64,000 nucleotides of DNA from Waterburya sp. (GTDB lineage Bacteria > Cyanobacteriota > Cyanobacteriia > Cyanobacteriales > Xenococcaceae): assembly GCA_965217895.1 (NCBI GenBank), contig CBDCJV010000002.1, positions 4,864,001-4,928,000 of the forward strand, given 5' to 3'. Under the pieces are notes generated by a model. It saw nothing but the letters and a program-made list of their open reading frames with translations. It was not told the DNA's origin and did not search any database. Positions 41,451-51,106 of this stretch are shown here, piece after piece (within the stretch, counting starts at the first letter, position 1; the number at the start of each line of letters is the position of its first letter). The translations under genes were made by a program, and so were the position numbers.

Positions 41451-41542
41451 TAGAGCAATACGTACTTAATATTAGGACACCTGCTACTTGTTACTTACGA
41501 GCAGTTTATTTTTCTATCCTAACCAGTCAACGTACTGCGATA
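41451..41542 (-). mobile_element. MITE family A copy (close relative of 904-1204, short tract)
   Basis: Its reverse complement matches both arms of 904-1204 but has only ~2 heptamers. Confidence 0.78.
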
Positions 41543-41595
41543 ACTATTACCTATTACCTCAGCTTCACAGATCAATAAATGCATAACATCAATAA

Positions 41596-43011
41596 TTAAT
41601 TAGAATCTCCACCAATTGTGACATTTTTAATTCTCAAGCTAGGGCCACCACAGCCTACAGCAAGACCAGATTGACCTCCCTTGCCACATCCTCCAGATTC
41701 GTCCCAAATGAAATCATCGCCAATTGCTTCAATATCAGCCAGAGTTTTGAAAACATTACCAGAAAGAGTAACGTCTTTGACAGGTTCAGCTAATTCTCCA
41801 TTACGAATCATCCAGGCTTCTCCTGCACCAAAGATAAATATTTCGCCATTCGTCATTCCACCCAACCAATTGCGCGCATATACTCCCTTAGAGATTCCTT
41901 GAAATAATTCTTTTACTGGAGTATTGCCTCTACCAATCCAGGTGTTGGTCATCCTCACTATGGGCGAGTAATGATAGTTAAGACAGCGAGAATTACCTGT
42001 AGGTTTTGCATCTAATTTGCCTGCGGTTTCCCTGGAGTGAAGTCTACCAACCAAAACTCCATCCTCAATTAATTGGGTAGTAGTAGCAGGAGTACCTTCA
42101 TCATCGTAATAATAGCTGCCTCGATGGATATAGTTCTGCTCAGATTCCCTTGGTGCAGCACCATCAAATATCTGTAAATCATCTGTACCAAAACGTTTGC
42201 CTATACTCATTGTTTCGAGCAGATCGGGATTTTCATAAGCCATATCTGCTTCAGATAAATGTCCAAAGGCTTCATGGACAAATAGTCCTGTTAAAATGGG
42301 ATCGATGACTACGGTATAACTATCCCCTTTAATTTTTGGCAAGGACAAGGCATCTACCGCCCTTTGTGCCGCACTTTTTACCTGGGAGTCTAACTGAGTC
42401 AAATCTTCGTAAGCCTGACGCGAACCTGTTGTTTCTCTACCTGTTTGGATTACCTCTTCTTTTCTAGCAGTAGCTGAAAAGCGCATTTCCATATCTGACC
42501 AAGATTGTTCAATAACGCTGCCTTCAGATGTAGCGATAATTATCTTTTGGGAACTGTCACTGTAGCCCACAGTAGTAGTGGTTAGACAGTCATGATAACT
42601 GCGTAATAAGTCATTGTAGCGATCGCATAACGCTTTTTTGTCGGCTAAAAGTATTTCACGAGGATCGCTGCCTTTGAGGGGAATTTGACAGATTGCCTGC
42701 ACGGGTTCAACTGGGGCAAGGATAGTTTCTGAATCTCCCACTATTCTCGCAGCAGCAATTGCCTCCTCAAGTCTAGCTACTAGGGTCGTCAAATCATCGA
42801 ATGCTGCAAAACCCCAACCACCGCGATAGCAGGCGCGAACTTGCCCTCCCAAAGCAATACTTTCGCTTAGGGTTTCTATTTTATGATTGCGGAGAAAGAT
42901 ATTTGTTTCTTCTGCCTGTTCTAGGCGAATAGTCAAAAAGTCAACGCGATCGCTATAGGCAGCAATCAGTTCAGTTAATCGGTTTTTGTGTTCAGCAAAT
43001 AGCTTAGACAT
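41596..43011 (-). CDS. tldD: TldD/PmbA family metalloprotease (TldD-type)
   Basis: HEAFGHLSEAD, DDEG, RMTNT, GGCGKGGQ. Confidence 0.9.
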   Translation of the reverse strand: MSKLFAEHKNRLTELIAAYSDRVDFLTIRLEQAEETNIFLRNHKIETLSESIALGGQVRACYRGGWGFAAFDDLTTLVARLEEAIAAARIVGDSETILAPVEPVQAICQIPLKGSDPREILLADKKALCDRYNDLLRSYHDCLTTTTVGYSDSSQKIIIATSEGSVIEQSWSDMEMRFSATARKEEVIQTGRETTGSRQAYEDLTQLDSQVKSAAQRAVDALSLPKIKGDSYTVVIDPILTGLFVHEAFGHLSEADMAYENPDLLETMSIGKRFGTDDLQIFDGAAPRESEQNYIHRGSYYYDDEGTPATTTQLIEDGVLVGRLHSRETAGKLDAKPTGNSRCLNYHYSPIVRMTNTWIGRGNTPVKELFQGISKGVYARNWLGGMTNGEIFIFGAGEAWMIRNGELAEPVKDVTLSGNVFKTLADIEAIGDDFIWDESGGCGKGGQSGLAVGCGGPSLRIKNVTIGGDSN

Positions 43012-43097
43012 CAAAATTTTAAATAGGCTTAAGCTTTAAGTTTACCGCTTTTTCAAGCTTGATAAATTAAACCTAATATTTGATAGCTATCTAAACC

Positions 43098-43559
43098 TTA
43101 ATTTTGTAACAAGGGTAAACATTGATATAATTTTTCATCTAAATACAAAGATTGCGGATAACTAATTGCCAAATCCATTGCTTCTAAAATGAGGCCAGCA
43201 TCACTTTCTTTGGTGCAGAAAGAATTGACTCCCAAAGAATACAAAAGCTCAATTACTTCTGGATGTTGATAATCACTCCAGTGAATAAAACTTGTTTGGG
43301 GCGAGATAGCTTTGATTAAACCTAAGTTATCAGTATCAGATTCTTCTTCAATATCAAAAAATAAGATATTAATGGTCATCTCACCATACATTAAAGAAAA
43401 TACCTGTTCTGAATTATCTAGCAAAATTATCTGAAGATTTGGTCTGGCAACTTTTATAAGTTGATTTAACTGTTGTCCTTGTTGTCTATGGGGTTCAATT
43501 ATGATGACGTTTAATGATTTAAATGATGATGGTTTTGAAGATAAAATATCATCCTGCAT
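43098..43559 (-). CDS. Atypical stand-alone receiver-like protein
   Basis: VIIIEPH, ILFFDI, LGVNSFCTK resemble a degenerate NarL-type receiver without an output domain. Confidence 0.55.
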   Translation of the reverse strand: MQDDILSSKPSSFKSLNVIIIEPHRQQGQQLNQLIKVARPNLQIILLDNSEQVFSLMYGEMTINILFFDIEEESDTDNLGLIKAISPQTSFIHWSDYQHPEVIELLYSLGVNSFCTKESDAGLILEAMDLAISYPQSLYLDEKLYQCLPLLQN

Positions 43560-43895
43560 AATTTTTAAAACGTATATTTTGCGTATATTTATTTAGATAT
43601 TATTACTTACATTATTACAGATGTTATTTATTTTTAAGTATTTTTACGGTCAATTGTTCAAAAGTTAATATAACTACCTCTCTTTTTAAAATTTGTTTAA
43701 AGATCTTATCTAGGTATTTAGACGCTCAAGACAAAATAGTTGATTTAAAATATTTAAATCAATAGGCATATTCTTTACATTCTGTTACAGTAGTGAGCGT
43801 AATTAGAAAATAAAGCAAAAAACTCAATCAAAAATATAAGCTGTCATACACGAAAGCTTGTTAGTTGAGACTGAGCAGAGGAAGCAGAAAAGGGT

Positions 43896-44100
43896 TTGAC
43901 TGCTCACCGTCATAAATGATCGGTGATTCTTAAGTAGCAAGTAGCAAGTAGCAATTAGCAATTAAGAAAATATCCCAATTGCTAATTGCTATCTGGAGAC
44001 GCGCTTCGCGTCTCGCCTTGCCAAGGGCAAGTCGGCGGACTCCAGTCCGCGCTACTTAATCGCACTCTTTGTGCGGGGCTTTAAACCCATTTATTACACG
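43896..44100 (-). mobile_element. Non-autonomous IS200/IS605-derived element (PATE-like)
   Basis: On the minus strand it begins after TTAC, has a left hairpin (CGCACAAAGAGTGCG) and a right end AAGAATCACCGATCATTTATGACGGTGAGCAGTCAA; no ORF. Confidence 0.65.
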
Positions 44101-44444
44101 GTAAATAGCTTTACTAGCGATTTGCAGATCTATTTGTTTGAAACCAACCAAAATTGCTAACAGATTTTTTTTGTAACTCAAGCCCATTTTTGATCATGTC
44201 TATCAATCCAATCAAAATTAATGGCGAAAGACCGTTCGCTGTAGAAAAGCTGCCAAAAATTTTCTTAATACCCAATAAAACTAGTTTATTCTTGTGTCAG
44301 CTAGATTTTATAAATTCTCAACAATGGCTGCTGTTAGGTATTATCAGTATTATCTGTTTCGTTTTTATTATTGGTTCTTGTACTTGGATTGTCTAAATCA
44401 AGGTAATAGGTAATAAGCAAATATTTGAGTTGCCAAGCTATTTA

Positions 44445-45218
44445 CTATCCTAGATAGCTAGCGAAAAGATAAACTAAAGGCGCAACAGCGATCGCAGGTA
44501 AAAAAGAAGCGACGCGAATTTTAACGATTTCTAATAAGTTAAAGCCAATCGCCATAATCATTAGACCACCAATGCCCGTAATTATTAACAGATAGGGACT
44601 ATTGCTGGGATCGTGAATAGTATCGGCTACTAAACCAACAATTAAAGATAATCCGCCTTGATAAATCCCAATTACTAAGATAGAAAAAGCGACTCCAACG
44701 CCATAAATATTAGCTAAGGCAATAGATATTACTCCATCCATAGTTGCTTTTAAAGTTAATAAAGTATCGTCGCCATTTAGACCATTATTAAAACTGCCAA
44801 TGATAGTCATTGGACCAACACAAAATAGTAAACTACTAGCAACAAAACCTTCGGTAAACAATCCTTTGCCGCGAAACTTTTTCTTCAACCAATTACCAAT
44901 CTTGGTGAGTTTTTCTTCAATTTGTAATAATTCTCCAGTAACCCCTCCTAGCACTATTGCCAGTAGCCCTAGAATTGCGCCATCAATACCGCCAGACTGA
45001 ACTTTCCCCAGGCTGTTTGTCATGGTTAAACCAATCCAAATCGTCAACAAGCCAATGCCCTGGGTAATAATAGTTTGGATCTTAGGAGAAAGGCGATCGC
45101 TGAGTAATAAGCCCAAACTACTCCCTAACAAAACGGTAATAACATTAATCCAGGTACCGCTTGTCTTCGCCCAAAAGTTTAAATTCGCAATCAAGTAGAT
45201 TGATAAAATAACGTTCAA
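44445..45218 (-). CDS. DUF554 family membrane protein
   Basis: GTWIN, EGFV.SSLLFCVGPM, KATMDG, RVASFLPA; start uncertain. Confidence 0.87.
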   Translation of the reverse strand: MNVILSIYLIANLNFWAKTSGTWINVITVLLGSSLGLLLSDRLSPKIQTIITQGIGLLTIWIGLTMTNSLGKVQSGGIDGAILGLLAIVLGGVTGELLQIEEKLTKIGNWLKKKFRGKGLFTEGFVASSLLFCVGPMTIIGSFNNGLNGDDTLLTLKATMDGVISIALANIYGVGVAFSILVIGIYQGGLSLIVGLVADTIHDPSNSPYLLIITGIGGLMIMAIGFNLLEIVKIRVASFLPAIAVAPLVYLFASYLG

Positions 45219-45387
45219 ATAAATATTTATACAAGCCTGCGTAGATTATTACATAATGAAGCTTTAACCTGGACAAGTAAGGCTTTAAAGGTGTTCAAGT
45301 TTTACTTTGGTCTTTAGTGATGCTGATGTAAGATATATTCTGGGAATCAGATCGGCAAATATAAAAGAATAATATCAGGAGATAGCT

Positions 45388-46257
45388 TTGGATCATAATC
45401 AGCCTGAAAAGTTAGCAGAAGTTTTGAAGGTGGCGCGTTCTGTCGCCTGGGGAGCAGCAGATATTCTCAGTTCCTTTTATCACAAAGATACTTCTGACTT
45501 GGATATTAAAGACAAAAAGGATGGTCCAGTTACTGAAGCTGACATGGCTGCGAACAAGTATATTCTAGGTCGGTTTAAAGAAGAACTGGGTACAGAAGAT
45601 TTTGGTTATCTGTCCGAAGAAACTTTTGATGTCAAAAAAGCCGAACCAGTTGACCATGATTGGGTTTGGATTATCGACCCCTTAGATGGCACACGAGATT
45701 TCATCGACAAAAATGGTGAATATGGGATGCACATCGCTTTGGCTTATCAAGGTCGCCCTGTAATTGGGATTGTAGCTATTCCTGAAGCCGAAAAAATTTA
45801 TTTTGCCTCAAAAGGCAAAGGTACTTTTGTGGAAACTAAAGATGGTACGGTTACACCCATTAAAGTATCTGAACGTAACACTATTGAGAATTTATATTTA
45901 ATCGTTAGTCGATCGCACCGTGACGATCGCTTTCAGCAGCTAATCGATCGCTTGCCCTTTGCAGGTAAGAAATATATGGGTGGAGTTGGAGGAAAAATTT
46001 CTACCATTTTAGAACAAGAATCAGATGTTTATCTTTCGCTTTCTGGTAAGTCAGCAGCCAAAGATTGGGATTTTGCTGCACCAGAATTAATTCTCACCGA
46101 AGCGGGAGGTAAGTTTACCTACGTCAATGGTGAACCCGTTTATTATAACCAGGGTGACGTAAAACGCTGGGGGTGCATTGTTGCTACTAACGGTCACTGT
46201 CACGAAGAACTTTGTACTAAAGCTAGTGCCATTATTAACGAGATTGATCGTGGATAA
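45388..46257 (+). CDS. cysQ: 3'(2'),5'-bisphosphate nucleotidase / inositol monophosphatase family
   Basis: PVTEAD, LSEE, WIIDPLDGTRDF, VSRSH, WDFAA. Confidence 0.85.
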   Translation: MDHNQPEKLAEVLKVARSVAWGAADILSSFYHKDTSDLDIKDKKDGPVTEADMAANKYILGRFKEELGTEDFGYLSEETFDVKKAEPVDHDWVWIIDPLDGTRDFIDKNGEYGMHIALAYQGRPVIGIVAIPEAEKIYFASKGKGTFVETKDGTVTPIKVSERNTIENLYLIVSRSHRDDRFQQLIDRLPFAGKKYMGGVGGKISTILEQESDVYLSLSGKSAAKDWDFAAPELILTEAGGKFTYVNGEPVYYNQGDVKRWGCIVATNGHCHEELCTKASAIINEIDRG

Positions 46258-46306
46258 ACCTCGTCTGTCAAACGAAAACCGTAGTTTTTGAATCGGAGAT
46301 TGAGCT

Positions 46307-46359
46307 AGTCACAGATTACTCCGCCCTAAACGGACGAAGCCTGCTGTGACCGTTGGTCA
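46307..46359 (+). repeat. 53-bp structured dispersed repeat, copy 1
   Basis: 52/53 identical to 52984-53036; GTCACAG/CTGTGAC stem. Confidence 0.85.
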
Positions 46360-46377
46360 AACAGCAGGATATAATTT

Positions 46378-46404
46378 CTACTTGCTACTTGCTACTTGCT
46401 ACTT
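46378..46404 (-). repeat. Short AAGTAGC heptamer tract
   Basis: About four CTACTTG units on the + strand. Confidence 0.8.
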
Positions 46405-46561
46405 ACGAACAGTCAACTTAAAAACTCCTGGTTTCAAACTGGATGTGGTTTAATATGTTTGGTTAGTCTAAATACTCCTGGGGCAGTAGCAGGTAATTTT
46501 TGCTCTTTGAATTTAATCATAATTTCTTGGAGCAAGCTAAATATCTAGAAAAATATTCTTG

Positions 46562-46849
46562 ATGAACAACGGTATTGATTCAAATATTATTTATCCCGAT
46601 CTAAAAGCTGCTGCTGCTGCGGTGTGTCGTAGGTGGTGTGAGCAACAAGGCTATAGCGATCATTTTTATCAACAGGGTAGTTGGTGGGCATTTCCTGCCA
46701 ATAGCGTGATTCCTATCAAAATTCATGAGGTAATTGATTTAAAGCATACTAAAGCCGAGCGAATTCAAATTAAATATTACTCTATTGCTCTATCAGTTGC
46801 CTTACTTCCAGATGGCTGTATTGCACCTCACAATCATCCTGAGATTTAA
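46562..46849 (+). CDS. Hypothetical protein
   Basis: WCEQQGYSD..YQQGSWWAFPANSVIP motif resembling a small cyanobacterial protein family. Confidence 0.65.
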   Translation: MNNGIDSNIIYPDLKAAAAAVCRRWCEQQGYSDHFYQQGSWWAFPANSVIPIKIHEVIDLKHTKAERIQIKYYSIALSVALLPDGCIAPHNHPEI

Positions 46850-47514
46850 TTTATCTGCCACTGTTCGAGATGATAGGCACTATCCCAAAACATCCATTCA
46901 AACTGAGAAGCGCGATAAAATACCTGACTCATTAAAGTTAATTCGCAACTGCTAGTCTTAGTTGCCATGTCATTTGCCACATCAATTACACTTTTGACAG
47001 CAGCTTCAAAATTTTTATCAATATAGGTATCAATCCATTTTTGATAAGGATTATTTCGATCATTTACCTGTTGATAAATATGTTTGCCTACTTCCAAATA
47101 AATCCAAAAGCAAGGCAAAACAGCAGCAACGCTAATAGAAAAACTATGTTGATAGGCAGTGGCTAATAAAAAATTAGTGTAATTCAAACAAGTAGGAGAA
47201 GCCTGACTGGCTAATGCTACTTCTGGCAGAATACCAAACTCGCGAAAAAATTCTGCGTGTAGACTACGTTCAACGGCGATCGCATTTTGAGCATTTTGAG
47301 CAAACTCTAACTGTAAGTCGGCAGTTGGTGCTTTGGCAGCAGTAATAGCTAATACGCGGGCAAATTCGCCCAAATATATGCCATCTTGAATTATGTAATG
47401 CTGAAATATCTCTTTGCTTAATGAACCTTGCTCAAGCTGCTGAATAAACTTCATCTTCAAGATAGAGTTGTAGATGTTATCAATGTTGTCCCAAGCTTGA
47501 GTAGAAAAATCCAT
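46846..47514 (-). CDS. tenA: TenA/thiaminase II family protein
   Basis: YIIQD..YL, LPCFWIY, PYQKWIDTY, EWMFWD. Confidence 0.9.
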   Translation of the reverse strand: MDFSTQAWDNIDNIYNSILKMKFIQQLEQGSLSKEIFQHYIIQDGIYLGEFARVLAITAAKAPTADLQLEFAQNAQNAIAVERSLHAEFFREFGILPEVALASQASPTCLNYTNFLLATAYQHSFSISVAAVLPCFWIYLEVGKHIYQQVNDRNNPYQKWIDTYIDKNFEAAVKSVIDVANDMATKTSSCELTLMSQVFYRASQFEWMFWDSAYHLEQWQIN

Positions 47515-47592
47515 ATATATTAAGCATTGAACATTAAGTATTATTGACTGTGAAAAACTATTGAATATAATCTATAGATTTAATTTATACAT

Positions 47593-47862
47593 CTAGCTAA
47601 TCAGCTTGTCATTTTCTGCATGAATATCAACCCACACCCATGAAATATCGTTTTTAACTTCAACTTCCAATGCTCTATAACCTTTCTCAGCACGAATTGA
47701 CCAGTATTGTCTAACCTTTTTGAAGTGTAGCGATGGATGTGATGGATTTGTTTTTAACAATTCATAATTTTCGTCGGCTATTGGCTGAACTGACTCTAGT
47801 AAAGCATTATAGCATTTCCAACTCAAGCAGCGATTTTTGTTACTCAACATCGATTGTTGCAA
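47593..47862 (-). pseudogene. Degenerate RelE/ParE-like toxin remnant
   Basis: LLKTNPSHPSLHFKKV..YWSIR..GYRAL core; eroded C-terminal motif (WVDIHAEND); poor start; no antitoxin adjacent. Confidence 0.55.
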
Positions 47863-47906
47863 TAACTGTCTAAATATTTGACAAAGTATTTAACCGATTG
47901 CTATTA

Positions 47907-47930
47907 TTTATAACAATTGCTCGATATAAA
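47907..47930. promoter_or_regulatory. Candidate TetR operator 1
   Basis: TTTATAACAATTGCTCGATATAAA imperfect palindrome just before the tetR ATG. Confidence 0.5.
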
Positions 47931-47936
47931 TCAAAT

Positions 47937-48503
47937 ATGCCCAAGATTGTTGACCATGATCGCTATCGAGAAGAATTACTTAATAAGTGTTTCCACCTGT
48001 TTGCAGATAAAGGTTATGGTTCGGTTACGATGCGTCAAATAGCTCAAGAATTAGAAGTTTCTACTGGAACGCTATACCATTATTTTCCTAGTAAAGAAGC
48101 ATTGTTTGAGCAGTTGGTAGAAATGATGTCTCAAAATGACATTAATCAAGCACTAAGAGAATTAGATGGAGCGCAAACTCTGCAAGAAAAAGCAGCAGGA
48201 ATTGGAGAATACTTAGTTAAAAACGAAGATTATTTTACTAAGTGGACTTGTATTATGGTCAATTTTTATCAACATCAAGACGCTAAAGAATTAAAAAAAA
48301 GTGGTGTGTTTAGGCGAGCAAATGAAAATTATGTTAAGGCAATTTACGATCTATTAGGTGTTAAAGATAGAGCATTGGCTATATTTATTTATTCTTTTAT
48401 TGATGGTCTAATTCTCGAAAGATTATGGGGAGATGAATTAGTTTCTGTTCCCGAACAATGTCAATTATTAGGCAAAATGCTTACTGCTTATTTAGAAAAG
48501 TAA
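47937..48503 (+). CDS. TetR/AcrR family regulator
   Basis: MPKIVDH, TMRQIA..STGTLYHYFPSKE; ATG at 47937 (ORF open from 47898). Confidence 0.92.
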   Translation: MPKIVDHDRYREELLNKCFHLFADKGYGSVTMRQIAQELEVSTGTLYHYFPSKEALFEQLVEMMSQNDINQALRELDGAQTLQEKAAGIGEYLVKNEDYFTKWTCIMVNFYQHQDAKELKKSGVFRRANENYVKAIYDLLGVKDRALAIFIYSFIDGLILERLWGDELVSVPEQCQLLGKMLTAYLEK

Positions 48504-48564
48504 GATTTACGTTGTTGTATAAAAACTTAGAAAAAATTTTATTTCTGTTAAGGAAGAAGAAATC

Positions 48565-49758
48565 ATGACTTTTAAGCTATTTGTGAAACCTAGAAATAAA
48601 TGGTTAATTAGTTCAATAATTACCGCTACTGCTATTACTGGTGGAATTGCAATCTACGGCATTTCTCAGTATGGACAAGTAAATCAAACGACATCAAATT
48701 CAGTGCCAATTAAACCAGTTGCGCCTAAAATAACCGCATTAGGAAGACTCGAACCAGAAGCAGAAGTAATTAAACTGTCTGCACCTTTAGCATTGGATGG
48801 CGATCGCCTTACGAAATTGTTAGTACAAGAAGGCGATCGCGTTAAAGCAGGACAAGTAATTGCTATTCTCGATTCAAGAGATTCCTTGCAAAATACAGTG
48901 CAGCAAGCACAAGAACAAGTAAAAGTTTTTCAGGCTAAACTCGCTCAAGTTCAAGCTGGTGCTAAATTGGGGGAAATTCAAGCTCAAAGAGAACAGATTT
49001 CTCGCTTAAAAGCCGAATTAATTGGCGAAATTAAAAGTCAAAATGCAGCGATCGCTCGTTTACAGGCAGAGGTAAATAATGCCCACAGTGAATACAATCG
49101 TCATCAGCAACTATATCAAGAAGGCGCGATCGCAATTTCGACTTTAGACAGCAAACGTCTGGCTTTAGAAACGGCACAAGAACAATTGAAAGAAGCACAA
49201 GCAACGCAAGATCGCACTAATAGCACTCTTAAAGCGCAGTTAGCCGAAGCCAAAGCAAATTTAGATCGGATTTCTGAAATACGGCCAGTGGATGTTAATG
49301 CAGCACACACCGAAGTTGATAGCGCGATCGCTGCTTTAAACAAAGCCAAAACTGACTTAGCACAAGCTTATGTGCGCGCGCCGATAGATAGTCAAATTCT
49401 CAAAATTCAGACGCGCCCAGGGGGAAAGATAGGCGATTCGGGAATCGTCGAATTGGCACAAACGGATTCCATGATAGTCATAGCTGAAATTTATCAAAGT
49501 GATATTGCTAAAGTCAAAGTGGGACAGTCAGCAGAAATTACTGGTCAAGCTTTTGAGGGAATAGTCAGAGGCAAGGTCGTTCAAGTTGGCTTACAGGTTA
49601 GTAGACAGGATGTATTTAGCGATCAGCCTGGAGAAAATTTAGATCGCCGTGTGATTGAAGTAAAAATTCGTCTCAATCGAGAAGACAGCAAACGGGTTTC
49701 TGGTTTGACTAATTTACAAGTGCAGACAGCAATTAGCAGCGCAAGGCTTGCGCTCTGA
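48565..49758 (+). CDS. devB: DevB-family ABC exporter membrane fusion protein
   Basis: ALGRLEP, coiled-coil hairpin, VRAPIDS, AEIYQSDI, DRRVIEVKI. Confidence 0.88.
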   Translation: MTFKLFVKPRNKWLISSIITATAITGGIAIYGISQYGQVNQTTSNSVPIKPVAPKITALGRLEPEAEVIKLSAPLALDGDRLTKLLVQEGDRVKAGQVIAILDSRDSLQNTVQQAQEQVKVFQAKLAQVQAGAKLGEIQAQREQISRLKAELIGEIKSQNAAIARLQAEVNNAHSEYNRHQQLYQEGAIAISTLDSKRLALETAQEQLKEAQATQDRTNSTLKAQLAEAKANLDRISEIRPVDVNAAHTEVDSAIAALNKAKTDLAQAYVRAPIDSQILKIQTRPGGKIGDSGIVELAQTDSMIVIAEIYQSDIAKVKVGQSAEITGQAFEGIVRGKVVQVGLQVSRQDVFSDQPGENLDRRVIEVKIRLNREDSKRVSGLTNLQVQTAISSARLAL

Positions 49759-49793
49759 AAAATAATGAGCGATCGCCTTTTTTTTTCAATTTA

Positions 49794-49812
49794 TTTATAT
49801 CGAACGTTCGAT
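49794..49812. promoter_or_regulatory. Candidate TetR operator 2 (between devB and devC)
   Basis: TTTATATCGAACGTTCGAT; shares the TTTATATCGA half-site with operator 1. Confidence 0.45.
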
Positions 49813-49889
49813 CGCATACGAACTTGAAATGATGTCCACAGATAAATATTTGCTTGCTAATCACTTAATAAACAGATGAGATTGATACT

Positions 49890-51056
49890 ATGTTTTCTAA
49901 ACTATTTCGCAGAACACCGTTAGCACTTAGACAAGTAGTGAAAGACAAGACTCGTTTAGTGGTGGCGATCGCGGGAATTGCTTTTGCAGATATCTTGATG
50001 TTTGTGCAGATGGGATTTGAAAACGCGCTTTACGATGCTGCAATTAAATCGCATTTAAGTTTACAGGCAGATTTGGTGATGATTAACCCCCAATTTCAAA
50101 CCCTATTTTCCGTCAAAGATTTTTCTCGCGATCAACTTTATCAGACATTAGGAAATCAAGCAGTCAAGTCGGTTAGTCCTGTTTATATCTCCACTGGACA
50201 ATGGCGCAATCCCGAAACGCGACAAGAAAGAGCAATATTAGTCTGGGGAATCGATCCTACTGTCAGTGCGTTTAAGTTTCCTGAAGTCGAGCAAAATCGA
50301 GATAGTTTAAAACAATTAAATCAAGTATTATTTGATCGCGCTAGTCGTCCCGAATATGGTGTAATTCCAGACTGGTTAAAACAAAAAGGTAGTGTCGAAA
50401 CTGAGATTAACGATAAAGAGATCGCTGTCAAAGGATTATTTACTCTTGGTTCGTCTTTTGCTGCGGATGGCAATATTATTACTAGCGACTCAACCTTTTT
50501 GCAAATTTTCCCCCAACGCCAAAGCGATCGCATTGATGTTGGCTTAATTAAATTAAAGCCTAAAGTCGATCCCAAACAGGTGCAGTTGCAATTAGAAGCA
50601 ATGTTACTCCATGATGTCAAAATTTTAACCCCTAAAGAATTTGCTGAAATTGAAAAACAATATTGGGCAAACGGTACAGGTATCGGCTTTATTTTTGGAC
50701 TGGGTGTAATCGTAGGTTTTATTGTCGGTATCATCATTGTCTACCAAATTCTTTACTCCGACGTTTCTCAACATCTACCTGAATACGCCACTCTCAAAGC
50801 AATGGGTTATAGCGATCGCTATTTATTATGGGTTTTGCTACAAGAAGCCTTACTTTTGGCTTTATTAGGTTATTTTCCTGGACTGCTTCTCTCTTTTGGA
50901 CTTTATCAAATTGCCTATGCTGCTACTCTACTGCCAATCATTATGAAGTTAGAAACAGCAATATCCGTTTTGATCCTAACTATAGTCATGTGTAGCGTTT
51001 CAGGGGCGATCGCGATGAAAAAACTGCGATTGGCAGATCCAGCAGATGTTTTTTAA
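49890..51056 (+). CDS. devC: DevC-family ABC exporter permease
   Basis: AIAGIAFADILMFVQMGF, YQILYSDV..HLPEYATLKAMGY, ADPADVF. Confidence 0.92.
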   Translation: MFSKLFRRTPLALRQVVKDKTRLVVAIAGIAFADILMFVQMGFENALYDAAIKSHLSLQADLVMINPQFQTLFSVKDFSRDQLYQTLGNQAVKSVSPVYISTGQWRNPETRQERAILVWGIDPTVSAFKFPEVEQNRDSLKQLNQVLFDRASRPEYGVIPDWLKQKGSVETEINDKEIAVKGLFTLGSSFAADGNIITSDSTFLQIFPQRQSDRIDVGLIKLKPKVDPKQVQLQLEAMLLHDVKILTPKEFAEIEKQYWANGTGIGFIFGLGVIVGFIVGIIIVYQILYSDVSQHLPEYATLKAMGYSDRYLLWVLLQEALLLALLGYFPGLLLSFGLYQIAYAATLLPIIMKLETAISVLILTIVMCSVSGAIAMKKLRLADPADVF

Positions 51057-51106
51057 AAAAGTAAAAAGTAATTTTTCAGGTAGCAAGTAGCGAGTAGCAA
51101 ACTAAA

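Noticed and set aside
44154..44396. 80-aa ORF with a hydrophobic C-terminus
   Set aside because: TTG start, no clear RBS or motif; cannot be supported, though a small membrane peptide is not excluded
47515..47592. TPP riboswitch upstream of tenA
   Set aside because: AT-rich and lacks the conserved THI-box core sequence
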